Shown here piece by piece: positions 1-13,472 of a DNA stretch of 60,624 nt. The notes below the pieces were generated by a model. It saw nothing but the letters and a program-made list of their open reading frames with translations. It searched no databases and was not told the origin of the DNA. The DNA is from Girardia tigrina (lineage: Eukaryota): contig MQRK01169544.1 of NCBI GenBank assembly GCA_001938485.1, positions 3,653-64,276 on the forward strand, in the 5' to 3' direction. The position numbers and the translations under genes were made by a program. Each line of letters begins with the position of its first letter. Position 1 is the stretch's first letter.

Positions 1-112
1 ATCTGTCAAGAAATACCTTATTTATTTTCATACGATAGTTCAAAGTTAAGTTATACGCGATTGAAATGTAAGGTGTGAAGTTTGACCCGTTTCATATCGA
101 ACAACCTAATAT
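1..112 (-). mobile_element. Terminus of a mariner-like element or foldback MITE (reverse complement of 60511-60622)
   Basis: Ends ...gtttgacccgtttcatatcgaacaacctaa + TA, i.e. a TA-TTAGGTTG mariner-type TIR. Perfect 112-bp inverted copy at the other window end. Confidence 0.75.
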
Positions 113-140
113 ATTGATGAAATCTTGATATACAATAATG

Positions 141-176
<36 letters not shown>

Positions 177-1678
177 GAAATATCCTGTAAATATAAAATT
201 TTTAATGGCTGTTCTATTTTTGTTGAAAACATCAACTGTTTTAAAATTAATTATTTATCAATTTTCTAAGTTACAGAATTCCAAATAACTTTAATATTTA
301 AATTATCTGTTTTAAAAATTACATTTCCAGCAATCAAAATTTCATTAATTTGATTTGGTGAATTATTTTTTTAAATTAATTGGAGATATTTTTAATGATA
401 ATTCCTTTTTTGATTTTAATTTCAGATATTTGCTTATTTAAAATATTCAAAAATTTTAAAGGTACACCAGATCCTCACACGTCACATTGGTTTCAGAAAT
501 AAGTTTTTACATTGAAAATTCTTTCTTCAATTGAATATATCGCTATTTTTCACAAATTAAAAAATGGAAAGAGTACAATTTGAAGAAAAGCACTTGCAAT
601 ATCAAAAGAAGACCCTTCATTGATTATAGTTCAGGGGTTCTTGTCTAATTTTGTCGGTAGCCAGTACCAAATTGCCCCCCCCTGTATCAAGTAACACTCA
701 CAGTTATTTATGTTTTGATAATAATAATTGTATGAGTTTAAATTAGTTGTATCTCTTTAAATTTCCAATTCCCTCAGAAATGTTTGTGGAAGAATATTTA
801 TTTTAATTAGGCAAGCAAAACATTAAATATTTTGTTGAATTTTTATTGTTTTTGCTGCTCAAATTAATGTCAAAATTGAGGGAATATATTTCATTTTGAT
901 TAATGGATGAAATTATAAAATTAAAAGTCAATTTAAACATCAAATCATTTGATAAAAAATATATTCCTCCTTCTCCATCTGGAAACTGTAAAAAATCCAA
1001 GGGACTCAAAATTGATGATTGAATGATCGAAAATTCTAATAATTTAATTCTTTTTGACATTAATTTAATTTATTTTATTCTTAAAATATAGTTTCATTTT
1101 TCATAATATTTTAATTTAAACGATATTAACAAAAGAATAATAAATTACAAGAGACAATCAGTTTATTTATTTTATTATTTATATATTTTGTATTGTCGAA
1201 ATTTTATTTTAACCTTAATCAAACAACAAAAAATTAATATATTTTTGTCTATTTTTCTATAAAATATATTTTTAATGGATTAAGGAAAATTCTTTTTAAA
1301 CCAATTTTACAATTGGAATATCCTTCTGAAAAACAAAACTAAAACATTTTATGCCAAATTTTAACAAATTTGTTCATTAAACTTTAATATTGATTTAATA
1401 TTTATTAAAAGTAATGATTAAAAAAGCTAAATAAATTTATTAAATATTTGTTCATTTAATCACAATCTCCCATTAAGTAAGACGAAAATTAAGTATGAAG
1501 AATATTGTCTTGTAAATGCCATACGAGCAGTTGTGCAAGTCTTGTCAATGGACTTTGGCACTAGATTTAAGTAACTTGAGCAAATATATTGCTATTTATT
1601 TATATTTAATTTATAGATTGTAAGTATAAACATTCCTTTTAAATCAATCTTTGATATTTAGAAATCTGTTTTAAACGC

Positions 1679-1773
1679 ATGGTAACTGTGAGGAATGTTT
1701 TGAATTGTGTGTTTATATTGTGCATGTTGTATTATGATTCGGATTGTGCCTCTCCTGCACAGATGGATGATTG
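1679..1773 (+). CDS. Putative first exon (signal-peptide-like) of a small secreted protein
   Basis: ATG-MVTVRNVLNCVFILCMLYYDSDCASPAQMDD followed by a GTATTT donor. Decayed paralogous copies on the - strand at 25647-25724, 27970-28053 and 35280-35357. Confidence 0.35.
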
Positions 1774-1971
1774 GTATTTTCTTTGATTCTTACTAATTAA
1801 AAATAATTTAATTTAATTTTAAAGTAAAAAGATTTAAAATAATTTTTGAATGTATTATATATTTTTTAATGTAATTTAAAATTTTATTTTTTTAACAAAA
1901 ATTCGGCAAAATTACAAATTTAATCTTGACAGAATTGACAGAAAAGTGTGGTAGCAAAGATTTGAATAGTC

Positions 1972-2660
1972 AGCCTCCAGTGTTCTTCCCTGCTGGTTAT
2001 AGACTGGTAGCCACTGGTTACCAACAAGCTCTGAGTCAAACTGTACTGTCGTGGTTGAAGAAAGAGTTTCACTGGGGGAATTATTATTTCATGAAGACGG
2101 TGCACTATGCCATATGACTTAGACCGTCTAAAAGTTCTTAGAGGGCAAAGCCATACTTTTTCCATTCTTTTTATTAACTTACTTTCTATATAGGTATATA
2201 TATATATCCATTGAATTTAGAAACCTGTTTTTGAAGGTCTTCTACTCAATCGATTTTCTTCAAACTTTGTACACTTACTCATTCTCAATGACAAAAAATG
2301 ATTATGTAAAAATTTGATCGAAAAAATCTTTTTCAGATCCCAAAATGGGAAAAACGGAAAATTCGGAGTTATCAAAAAATATTAATTGCAAAATATCTAT
2401 TTATAAATTATAAGTAGTTTATATAATTTTTAATGTTTTTTTTAAATTTTAAAATCTTTGTTGGCAAAGTAGAGTTCTATCTGCATAAAGAATGGATATA
2501 AAAAAAATTTATTTTTTGATTTACTAGTTACAACTCAAGACACGTGGCCACCATCGTCATCAGAAATGAATCTTTTTAGATCCCTCCGTAAGAGCACTTG
2601 TATAGAGTGAAGACTGCCGTGTTCGTCACATTAAAGCCAAGGCCCTGAAAGAATCTGCGA
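1972..2660 (+). mobile_element. maT/DD37D (Tc1/mariner superfamily) transposase remnant split by an insertion
   Basis: PPVFFPAGYRL...TVLSWLKK...GNYYF-EDGA-H at 1972-2120 and WPPSSSEMN at about 2545. Interrupted by the repeat at about 2160-2530. Confidence 0.65.
2158..2530. repeat. Dispersed non-autonomous repeat; related pieces at 27399-27545 and 28430-28503
   Basis: Shared blocks: ttttcttcaaactt-gtacacttac, aaatttgatcgaaaaaa...cccaaaatgggaaaaa, ctttgttggcaa...gatttactagtta. Confidence 0.7.
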
Positions 2661-3767
2661 GAGGTGTTTGTGGTAAAAGTTTAGGCAATATTCAGTTGTA
2701 AAAAGTTGCCGATCGCGCTGTAAACAAAGAAATATGTCATGCTTGCGTAACTGAACGCAGAAGAAAGAGTAAGGAATTGCAGATTCACCTGTAGTGATTA
2801 AGGATTATGCATGTATTCATAGGTACAGGAACTTGTTATTCGATGAATTCCTATGTTTTTCCTTGCATTGCTCAGTCTAACTGAGAATCGTTCCCGCACG
2901 TGAGAGACACTGGTTAACAGATATAGGTTTACTGATGAAGAACAGTTGAAAGAGAGGATAACCTAAAGAAATCGTCAAAGCTGATTGTAATGATTTGAAC
3001 ATAATGGTTTATTTAAAAAAATCTGAAAATAGTGAAAATATTAACTTTTAAAAAAAGTGTTATAACAATTTTCGTCTAAATTTTAAATTAACATTTTTTC
3101 AAATTTATTCTTTGGATCTCTCTTAACATGATTTCATGTGGTATAAGAATTTAATTTTCCGTTTTGGCTTTATGCTCAAGTATTTCTCAGTAATACGACT
3201 ACAAAAATTCCAATTTACTAATTTGACATTCCTACTACAAAAAATTTGTATAGGCTATGATTTCATAGGAAGTAAATAAACTAAAATGGTCAGTAAACTA
3301 AAAATAAAATTGGCTGAATATTAATAGGTTAGTAAATAAATAACCAACTAATCAGTAAAAAATTCTCTTAATTTCCGCAAATAAATCGAAGTAAATCAAT
3401 GTGTTTAAATTTAGATTAATTAAACATTTAATATTAAGCCAATGAATACCTTTCAAGTTGAAAATTATTAAATCGATGAAGAAACCGATATGGAGAGGCA
3501 AGAAGATAACATTGAACAAAAAAGAAAACAAACACAAATATTTTGTTAAGTTTGCAACATACAACAACGAAGAAGCTATCAAAGCGTTTCATTGGGTACA
3601 CTCTAGGGACATATGCACCAGACCGAAGATACGATGGACGAAAAGTCTACTTCGTTGCAAGAAGATTTAAAAGCGCAATGAAAAACAATGTTCATTCAAA
3701 TTGTACTTATTGACGTAACAGTTTTCAAGAATATATATATATATATATATAGATATATATATATATA

Positions 3768-4081
3768 TTTTATACCTAACCAAAAACGTGGGGCATAGAA
3801 ATGATCGATTGTTACTAAAAAGCAGTAACTTTAAAATAATTTGTTTTCTTTCACTTCCTGATAGGAGAAATTCTTTTAAAATTTAAAAATTTTATTCTAG
3901 TTTCTAAAACCAAAATATTATGTTTTTAACATACTATTGATTCAGAAATCCGCCCCACGTTTTTGGTTAGGTATAAAATTTTGCGCATGTCTAGAAAAAA
4001 ATTATTTTCCTCTTTTTAGTGCATTGGTAATGCTTGAAAAACGTGGTTGTTTTTATAAAAATTTTTTTTATTAATAATATT
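3768..4081. mobile_element. Foldback MITE, left arm truncated at (TA)n; same family as 40503-40930
   Basis: Inverted arms tatacctaaccaaaaacgtggggc / gccccacgtttttggttaggtata. Right arm nearly identical to 40800-40930. Confidence 0.8.
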
Positions 4082-4560
4082 TTTCTTGTGATTGGGTCAT
4101 ATACGTGTTTGCCGAGTTTTGAGACAGTGAATCTCTCCATTGTTTGTGTGAGTATGACTGCTTAGTACATGTTAAATCCATTTATGGAAATATATTGATC
4201 AATATTCACAAGAAACTAAAAAAAAATATTTCAAAGTTTTGTTATACCGCTTAAAATAAGTGAAGAATCGATTGATATAATTACAGAACACTTAAGAATA
4301 ACACACACTGTGACGCACACATTAGAGAACACAAGTACATACTCAGGCACATACCCTCGTACTGACGAAAACACAAAAATAAAAGTTCAGTAAATATGTT
4401 TCACTCCTGATTCGAAATTCACAATTGTGCAGAGCAAAATCAAAGTCCGCGACAATAGTCTTATCCTTAAACACTTATAATTATTAAGAAAACATACTGT
4501 CATTTTTATAATATATCAAAAGACATGAATGATTTTTAAACAGTCTTATTTTTCATGACC

Positions 4561-4609
4561 AATACCGGTATTACCGGTATTGGAAATATCCGGTATTCTG
4601 CATTCCCTA
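4561..4609 (-). mobile_element. hAT-like terminus with ATACCGG subterminal repeats
   Basis: Minus strand reads tagggaatgc-agaataccgga...ataccggtaataccggtatt. Confidence 0.4.
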
Positions 4610-5986
4610 ATGCAGATGTTAGAATTTCACGAAATCATCAGATTTACGTCACTTAAAGTATTTGTTCAATATCCTCCTTAATTTCAATGTTTAACATTGC
4701 AATTTAAAGATACTCCATTCTTCGGTTTCTCAAAAGTATTTTTAGTTACTATTGAGATTCTTTTTCTTAAGATTCTGAATTTATTAGAAGATTGAAGATG
4801 AAGACCATCATCTACGCATCGAACCTAAGTGTTCAACATATTTTTATTTTCCTCGCAAAAATTGATATTTATTTTTTTAATATGGAATAATATATTATTT
4901 TTTAATCATCATTTTTATTTCATATTTATCTCGATTTATATGCAACATAAAAATTTTTAATTATGAATCACACATTAAACATTGTTATAATTCTTTCCAA
5001 CAAATTCCTGTTGACAATTCAGTTCTTCAGAGGTAAAGTTGCATCCCAGTTTATATTTAAATATAAATGTCCTTTAATTTTGGAATCATAATAATATTTA
5101 AAATAAGAATAATACATATAAGATTTAGAATTTTTTGAGATTTAAATTGAAATTAAAAGTTTGATAAACCCTGCCCTGTAAGAAATTGGTTTCAGAAATA
5201 CCATATCTTCAAATGGAATAGAGCGATTTATTTACATAATTCCCGATATTTTTGCAGATCTCGGATTAATATTATCATTAATTAATAAAAAAACTTGAAA
5301 AGAGTTAATACCTATTTTTGTTATTAAATAGTTCAAATACAATAGAATTAATAAAGGAAGTAAATTTCATAGACTAAATTATATAAATAAATAAATAAAT
5401 ATGTAAATAAATAAATAAATATATTAATTAATTAATTAATTAACCAATCAATCATTCAAATTATTTAGATTTTTCTCTTAGAAAAACACCTCAAAATAAT
5501 TGTATTCCAAATAAATATTCCCTAAATCCTCATTTGAAAAAAATTCCATCGAAATTCTCTGGAGAGGAACATTTATTTTTTCTATAATAACTTTCTTACT
5601 TTTATTTTGAATATTAATTAATAATATACTTTTCTCACGTTTTAATTGCATAAATATTTTTAAAACTAAAATTTATTTCTTAGAATTTTCATACCAAATA
5701 TATCAAAATGAATAAATGCGACATAAATAATAATTTTATGGGTATAAATAATATTAAGAAATTCATAATAAAAATTTTTTTGCGATTTCTTAATGCATAT
5801 TTTAAAAATATTTGATAAAAAATAATTTTGGTAACTCCCAATGGACTGTGAGGACTGTCGAAACACGAAACTTTTGCACTTACCAATCTTAATGCTATCG
5901 AAAACACGAGATTGGAGAACAAACATAAAAAAATTTCGATTTCAAATTATACTTTATACTTTGACATTAATAATTTAAACTCCTAA

Positions 5987-6289
5987 CCCCTTTGAACGAG
6001 CGTAACTCGTCATCAAAAAACGTTCCCGAGCGCAACAAAACGAGTCATGCTCGTTCATATAAAAATGACTGTTCATATTAAAAAAGACCCATAGAAAGAA
6101 CGTTATTCATTCATTTGTACTTATTTAGGTAATATTTGTTGTTGTACATATCTATTGTTTATGAGGGTTTTATGACAAATTATTATGAAAAAAGGACTGA
6201 GACTAATATTACTATCGTGTTTCCGAAACAAATGTGACGATTCTTTACCTACTTAGTGGGCAAAACACAAAAGTTAAGGAGGTTAAGGG
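5987..6289. mobile_element. Possible piggyBac-type MITE
   Basis: (c)taa-cccctt ... aaggg-ttaa ends; left TTAA is imperfect. Confidence 0.3.
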
Positions 6290-6979
6290 TTAAAAATAAG
6301 TTTTCTTAATATTATAAAACGCTTATCATAAATAAATCAAACTTTGATCAAAGAACAATCTAATTTGATTGATCAATTTGAATATTCTAAATGTATCGGA
6401 GGATAAACCTTTCTCTACGCATCTAAATTATAGATCAACAGGTCATAAAACATAAGTCGACGAACTAGTAATAGTACCAAGAAGGCTTCATTGAAAAATC
6501 AAGTTAAAGTCATCAACCAAAACCTTTTTGTTGAAGACACCTTAATTACATATTTATAATTAAAATTAAACTTTATTTATCTATACCGTAAAATTAAAAA
6601 AAACAATTAAAATCATTTTGTAATCGAAATGAAATTTTCAAATGTTTCCAGATCGATTATAAAATAATTACATTATGACATTTTAGTTCCAAATAGTTCG
6701 AACAAATATTTATTATTTATAAATACAATTTAGTTTATAAAATAATTATCGTAAATTAATAAATTGATGAAAAAGAAAGGTTTTCTTGAATTAAGAAATG
6801 TATCATTCGATTTCTAGATTGTCACTGTAGTGCTCAGAAAAACTGACAATTAAAAAAAACTTTCAATTTTGATTTTTGTTTATTTAAAGTAAATGTGTTA
6901 AAATCGAGTGTACAAATTTTGCACATGCAAATAAATGTTATTGATTGTATTTTGTTTTCTTATGAAACTTGACAAATAA

Positions 6980-7337
6980 TGAGACACACGTGGTCTCTGA
7001 AATCCGCACCACTGGCGGAACCGATAGGACCGGCTACAATGTTGGAACTTATCGACACGCGTTGCCACTTCAATGAAACCACCCGGTGTCGCGAGAGCGG
7101 ATCGTGGAGACCGGCAACGGTTTGAAGTTGAACTCCCTGCCCCATGTTCGGCGGTGCAAAACGGAGGACCGATGCACAATGACCGCAATACCGATCCAAA
7201 GCGACCCGTCGACCGGCTGGGATCGCGAGCGACAGCAAAGGGGTCGGNGGCTGTTCTTTCCCGCCAGTGAACCTCTGCACGAATAAGGGGTGTCGGTCGT
7301 CACCACTCGATCCCATGGCTGGCACTTCATTGACCTT
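6980..7337. other. Unexplained GC-rich island with several hairpins (structured RNA or orphan exon)
   Basis: Sharp GC rise in AT-rich context. Hairpins gagac/gtctc, tccgc/gcgga and accg-gcaa-cggt. A 121-aa minus frame is open but has no recognisable motif. Confidence 0.4.
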
Positions 7338-7575
7338 ACTATTTTATGTAAAAAAATAAACAAAATGAAGCGGAAAATTAAATGTTTAACCGAACATTTT
7401 GCCAATTTAGGAAAGATAATGTAAATAAATAAGTTTAAGTAGATTAAACAATTAAACAAAGTTTTTAACACAATAATAAATAAAGATATTAAATTAAAAT
7501 ATCTAATTAAATAATTTTAAAATAAATAATGTAAAAATATAATCTAAAATTTTTTAATTTTTTAATAATCATAAA

Positions 7576-9003
7576 GTACCGATCATAAAGCACTTATGTT
7601 TATGTCCAAGATAAGCACACCACTCAGTTCTCAATTTTATACATGGATTGAAGATCTGTCGGGTTTCCAATATGACTTGCAGTACAGGAAGGGATCAGAA
7701 CATTCAAATGCAGATGGGATCTCAAGATTGTCAGAAGCATTATGTGCTCAATGTATGATGAAACACGTTGCAGCTAAAACAAGAAAGAGTAAAGTAAAGT
7801 ATTTTAACACTTGTAATACGATGGATCTTTACCATATCAAAGACATCCAAAGAGAAGATAAAAATATTCTTGAAATTATTATTTCATTAGAACTTAATGA
7901 ACCACCTTCAATAGATCAGTAACAAGGTCCCTTTTGGGAACACATTAATCACTTGATGTTAGAAGATGAATTGCTGTGCTATCGCGATGGACATATACAA
8001 CACGTGATTGTCCCAGAAGCTGCTCAACAACGATTAATACAGTACATTCATCAAGATTTATGTCCCATAAGCATATAAGAAGTTCTATGAATATATGCGG
8101 GATATCTATTTCTGGTCACAAATGTGGCAGACAATTGAGAAAGTTTCTAGAGAATGTGTTATTTGTGCAAAACGGAAGGTATTAACAACACCATCTAAGG
8201 AGACATTTTTACCTCGAGATGATAAAACATTATTTGAAGAAGTTGTAATGGATATTGCACATTTTTTACCTTCTAAAACGGGAAAGAAATATGTACTTGT
8301 GATGGTTGATAGATTTAGCAAGGTCGTTGTATTGGTACCACTTCGTAATCAAGATGAAAACACATTGATTGCTGCTATTAAAAATAGATGGATTTATCGA
8401 TTCTGGAAACCAAGATTATTTTTATCAGACAGGGGAAAAACTTTTTAAGGCACCAAGTTGCGGGAGATGTGTAAAACCTTCAATATAACTCAAGAATTTT
8501 CGTCTCCGTACCAACAACAATCCAATAGATTAGCAGAGAGCACGATTCGTTCATTGTGTGATATGATAGTCACTTCTAGAGCATCTAAAAATGATTATCT
8601 AGATTGGGAAGAACTACTTCCAAAAATTGATATTTCTTCTGAATACAACTTGGCAAAGCTCTATCGGATGTACTCCATTTGAGATTTTATTTAAACAGAA
8701 GCTGAATTTACATGGCACTTTCAATAGATTACTACATACACAATCAAATCCGATTGAATATATTTCCAAGTCTGCCTATCGATTACAGATGCAAGATGAT
8801 AAAAAACGAGGACACCGAATTTTTCTGGTGGGGAGGAAGTGCTAGTAAAGGTAAAACCTCACGAATTGAGGAATGAAGGATTCAGATATGAAGGGTCATA
8901 TAAAATTGTAAAATTCCTCACTCCACATCATTTGGTTCTGAAGTATCCCAGATCCTTTAAACCGCGCCGCATTGAATGGTTGAAAAAGTATACAAGACCT
9001 TGA
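7576..9003 (+). mobile_element. Ty3/Gypsy pol remnant (RNase H C-terminus, integrase), frameshifted
   Basis: TDHKAL...YRKGSEHSNADGISR, integrase zinc-finger C-x2-C, and the MDIAH / VDRFSK / SDRG / SPYQQQSN integrase core spread over several frames. Confidence 0.9.
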
Positions 9004-9142
9004 AATTAAAAAGACGGAATTTGGATAATTGAATGTTATTTTAATATTCAATTTTTGTTGTTGTTTTAATATTTGATTATTTGTGTTAGGATTTAAATAT
9101 ATTTATTCTTGATGGATTTCGATTGTGTTCTTACTTTTATTA

Positions 9143-9428
9143 TGTTATGATAGGGGCTGTTCATAAAGGATGTTACATTTCTTTTCGAAACTATCGCCCT
9201 CCTTAAGTGAATGTATATTATTAATATGGAAAGGGGTATTTTTTCTCCAATCAAGAAATAAAAGAGAATATATATAAAGATTAAAAGAAGAATGTAGAAA
9301 TGACTTTAGAAAAGAAGAATTTAAATAAAAAAGGTTTCTTAGAAAATAATCCTTACTCTGTAAGTAGCACTTTACTTAAAAAAATACTTTATTAATATCA
9401 CAAGGTACAAAGAAGTGTTATCATAACA
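9143..9428. repeat. Possible LTR
   Basis: TG...CA segment with a perfect 10-bp terminal inverted repeat tgttatgata/tatcataaca just after the Gypsy integrase. No PPT or TSD is clear. Confidence 0.35.
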
Positions 9429-9599
9429 TTTTAGTACTATCATAAAGTTTCGGCATTATCATACACCCGGCAGTTATCAGTTTTCTTTACAAGGTTATTT
9501 ATGATGCTGTGTAAGTTAAGTCAAAGTAAGAAATGTGTTTTGTTCTTTTGCAGAATTTAGCTGATAAGTTTCACTTTATTTTCTATGACGGCTTGTGCT

Positions 9600-10740
9600 T
9601 TGTAAATAAGCTGATGCTTTTTTGCCATTAAAACGAACTGAGAATATAAACCACAAAATTTATAGATGCGCCATTCTAGAGAATCTTGAACAGAAGAGCA
9701 AAATGCATCATGTGGAGAAGTTGTTTAACTTTTCTAGATGAATAATTTTATACTTAAGTATGTGGAAAAGAATTTGGGTGACCTTCGTCACCAGATTGTG
9801 CTTGTAGAACTTGATAATCCTGAATAATTGAAACTAAAATAGACAGAAATCTTTCTGGAATAACTTTCAGCATTTCACTTCTAAATGTCAAGTAACAATT
9901 ATCTGCTGTAAATTTCATGATGTTCAAAAAATATTGCCTTTACGAATATGTTTAGCAAACCAATCTGATGACTTGTTGACCAAACCATTGGCCTTTAATT
10001 CAGACACATTAACTTGACAGTTGGAAATACATAAAATATTATATTAGAACAAATTTCTGCAAGCCATTTCCCTGCGTGCTCAAAATTTAATTTCTCCGAG
10101 AATTTTTCGTCAGTGCGACTTTGAGAATTCAGATGAATTCAAAAGTGATAATGTTACAATATTAAAGCTGAAAGTTCTTTTGATAACAGTGTTATTCTGC
10201 GTTCCACTCTGTTAAATTCCCTTTGACCTGGCACATTTATTATAACATACACGACATCCAAGTCATGCTTTAAAAAAGTGTTGAACTGATTTATCAGTGA
10301 CAACTTGGTACCTTGAATTTTCATTAGGGTCCTCATCAACAATAGTGACAGTGATTGGCTTAAAAAACCTTCACAGACTTTGTGATGCTATTGAATGCAG
10401 GAAGTTGAAGTAAATTGGACCAACGTAATCAATAATCCTAATCCATTTGGCTTTATAACAATTCAAGGTATAACTGAAAGAATTAGTTTCATGTGTTCTG
10501 CAATTACAAAATCATGATCATCCAAACGAATCCTGTAATATACATGTATCACCCTTGAGGCTTGTTTATTTACAATCTTGTTTTTGTCATCTCGGCTTAA
10601 AAAGTAGACCTGTCTTGGATCAAGAAGTAAAGACAGTCCTTCTAAATGAGGAATTGTTGCTGTGCAAACTGACTATCAACGTGAAAAAAAATCTTTGTCA
10701 TTTTGAGCTCTTATCCGAGAAACTGGAGCAGTATTAACAT
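9600..10740 (-). mobile_element. Zator DNA transposon transposase remnant
   Basis: Minus strand gives QVYFLSRDDK, RIRLDDHDFVIAEHMKLI, TIVDEDPNENSRY and NVPGQREFNRVERRITLLSKELS. These match, from memory, the Zator motifs SQDDK / LPDHD / DGGPDENPRY / APG.SAFN.VERRMAPLS. Confidence 0.7.
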
Positions 10741-10926
10741 ACTCATACATATTCATACTCAGAGTCCAATAATTTGTTAAAGAGCAGCAGAAATTTTAGG
10801 TTACTTATTCAAAATCATATTTGAAAATAGAATAGAATATTCATTCAAATTTTAATCTAAATTCAATTTATATTTAAATTATTAGAAAAAATTTAATTCA
10901 CAATTTATTATAAAAATATTTTCTAG

Positions 10927-11009
10927 ATTAACAATTAAAGCCACTTGCCCCATGGAGTTACACCGGTTCCCTCTGGACACCCAGAAGTGTCCCCTGCTGA
11001 TTGCCAGTC
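10927..11009 (+). CDS. GABA receptor exon: Cys loop
   Basis: ttctag|LTIKATCPMELHRFPLDTQKCPLLIAS|gtatga. The 83-nt length is that of the equivalent GABA-A exon. Confidence 0.93.
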
Positions 11010-12312
11010 GTATGATTGTTATTTAATTACCCTCTTAATAAATATATTGTTAACTGTTCTTGAATTTATAATAAATCAATTTAAATAATTAATATGTGCT
11101 TTTATATAAATTAGAAAAATATGAATATTAATTTTTTTCGTCTTAATTTCATTAATATTTATAATTTCAAATATGATTTATGTGATTCCATTTCCCTTTT
11201 TGATAAAATTCATTAATTAGAAAAAAATTTAATTATTTAGAACAATAAGAAATAAAATAATAAAAATGTTTATTTGGTTTAAGAAGAATAAATTTTCAAA
11301 TCGACTCAAAAAATGGAATATATATATATATATATATATATATNNNNNNNNNNNNNNNNNNNNNNNNNNNNNNNNNNNNNNNNNNNNNNNNNNNNNNNNN
11401 NNNNNNNNNNNNNNNNNNNNNNNNNNNNNNNNNNNNNNNNNNNNNNNNNNNNNNNNNNNNNNNNNNNNNNNNNNNNNNNNNNNNNNNNNNNNNNNNNNNN
11501 NNNNNNNNNNNNNNNNNNNNNNNNNNNNNNNNNNNNNNNNNNNNNNNNNNNNNNNNNNNNNNNNNNNNNNNNNNNNNNNNNNNNNNNNNNNNNNNNNNNN
11601 NNNNNNNNNNNNNNNNNNNNNNNNNNNNNNNNNNNNNNNNNNNNNNNNNNNNNNNNNNNNNNNNNNNNNNNNNNNNNNNNNNNNNNNNNNNNNNNNNNNN
11701 NNNNNNNNNNNNNNNNNNNNNNNNNNNNNNNNNNNNNNNNNNNNNNNNNNNNNNNNNNNNNNNNNNNNNNNNNNNNNNNNNNNNNNNNNNNNNNNNNNNN
11801 NNNNNNNNNNNNNNNNNNNNNNNNNNNNNNNNNNNNNNNNNNNNNNNNNNNNNNNNNNNNNNNNNNNNNNNNNNNNNNNNNNNNNNNNNNNNNNNNNNNN
11901 NNNNNNNNNNNNNNNNNNNNNNNNNNNNNNNNNNNNNNNNNNNNNNNNNNNNNNNNNNNNNNNNNNNNNNNNNNNNNNNNNNNNNNNNNNNNNNNNNNNN
12001 NNNNNNNNNNNNNNNNNNNNNNNNNNNNNNNNNNNNNNNNNNNNNNNNNNNNNNNNNNNNNNNNNNNNNNNNNNNNNNNNNNNNNNNNNNNNNNNNNNNN
12101 NNNNNNNNNNNNNNNNNNNNNNNNNNNNNNNNNNNNNNNNNNNNNNNNNNNNNNNNNNNNNNNNNNNNNNNNNNNNNNNNNNNNNNNNNNNNNNNNNNNN
12201 NNNNNNNNNNNNNNNNNNNNNNNNNNNNNNNNNNNNNNNNNNNNNNNNNNNNNNNNNNNNNNNNNNNNNNNNNNNNNNNNNNNNNNNNNNNNNNNNNNNN
12301 NNNNNNNNNNNN

Positions 12313-12366
<54 letters not shown>

Positions 12367-13472
12367 GGATAAAAATAAGACGACGCGTTTCGAGATAATA
12401 ATAATCCCATCATCAGGTCACAAAATGTACCGAGCAGGTACACTATATGGAAACTTGCCGAAAATAAATAAAATAATAATTCTCATAATATGAATCGAAA
12501 TTCTTCTGTAAAATAGAAAATTCATGTTTTGAAATTGATGAAGTGATCAAGAACGTTCCTCGATCTACTCGATAGCAATTAAGCAATAAATATTTCAGCG
12601 ATCCTCATTCTGTGACTACAGGAAAATGTTGATTTGAACAGTCTTTTGGCAAGGAGAAAGAGAAATTTATGAATAAATATAATAAGAGATAATTTATTAT
12701 TCAAAGTTCTGAAATATTCCCCGAAGAATAGAAAAGTCTTTAAAATGTTGGAAGTAAACTACGATAGAACATAAGTTGTGTGATTTTCATATAAAAATTT
12801 AGGTTAAACAGGTTATGAAATAAAGAGGTTGCATTTAATAATGGTGTCTTCATTGAATTATTACTTTATCATTTCAAAATTACAGATTAAATTTTAAAAT
12901 TAAGATTGCTATTTATTATTATTATTATTTATTTTATTTTTTTTGTTTTAATAATTTATGAAATTTTTATAATACATATGGTAACTATTTTTAAGAAAAA
13001 TAATATTAAAGTTCGATTTTATTGGTTTATTTGTTTTTATTTAACCCCTTGACTACAATTGGGACAATACGTCCCAAGCGATTTCAAAAAATTCAAGAAA
13101 GATAAATTAGTATGCGAAATCGGTTTTTTGGATGCACTCTTGCTCGCCATCCAAACAAACTACCTGTAAACTTGTAAGTACTTATTATCAGTTAGTTTTA
13201 CATTATTTTTTAATGTTTTTATTTAACATGAGTAAAAATATAGTTCGGTAGTCAAAAAGTTAAAAATATTTAATATTTATTATCAATATTTAATATTAAT
13301 CGTAATCGCAAAATACGGATTAGTAAACAGACACGGTCGAGTAAGTTTCTTGATCACTTCATCAATTTCAAGAGATGAATTTCCTATTTTACAGAAGAAT
13401 TTCGATTCATATTATGAGAAGTTTGATTTTGAATCATTGATATCAAGACAGTTGATTATCATCTAAAATAAA

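Larger units (their letters stand above)
12365..13470. mobile_element. Penelope-like element remnant: two GIY-YIG 3' fragments in inverted orientation, bounded by (TA)n
   Basis: Inverted repeat 12480-12553 / 13347-13420 encoding IS..EF.ILQKNFDSYYE, a GIY-YIG tail-like peptide. The left copy ends in a hammerhead. Confidence 0.6.

Noticed and set aside
11266-12398. 366-aa and 361-aa ORFs (also ORFs at 30969-31356, 38475-38660 and 40600-40818)
   Set aside because: Artefacts of N runs and (TA)n tracts.
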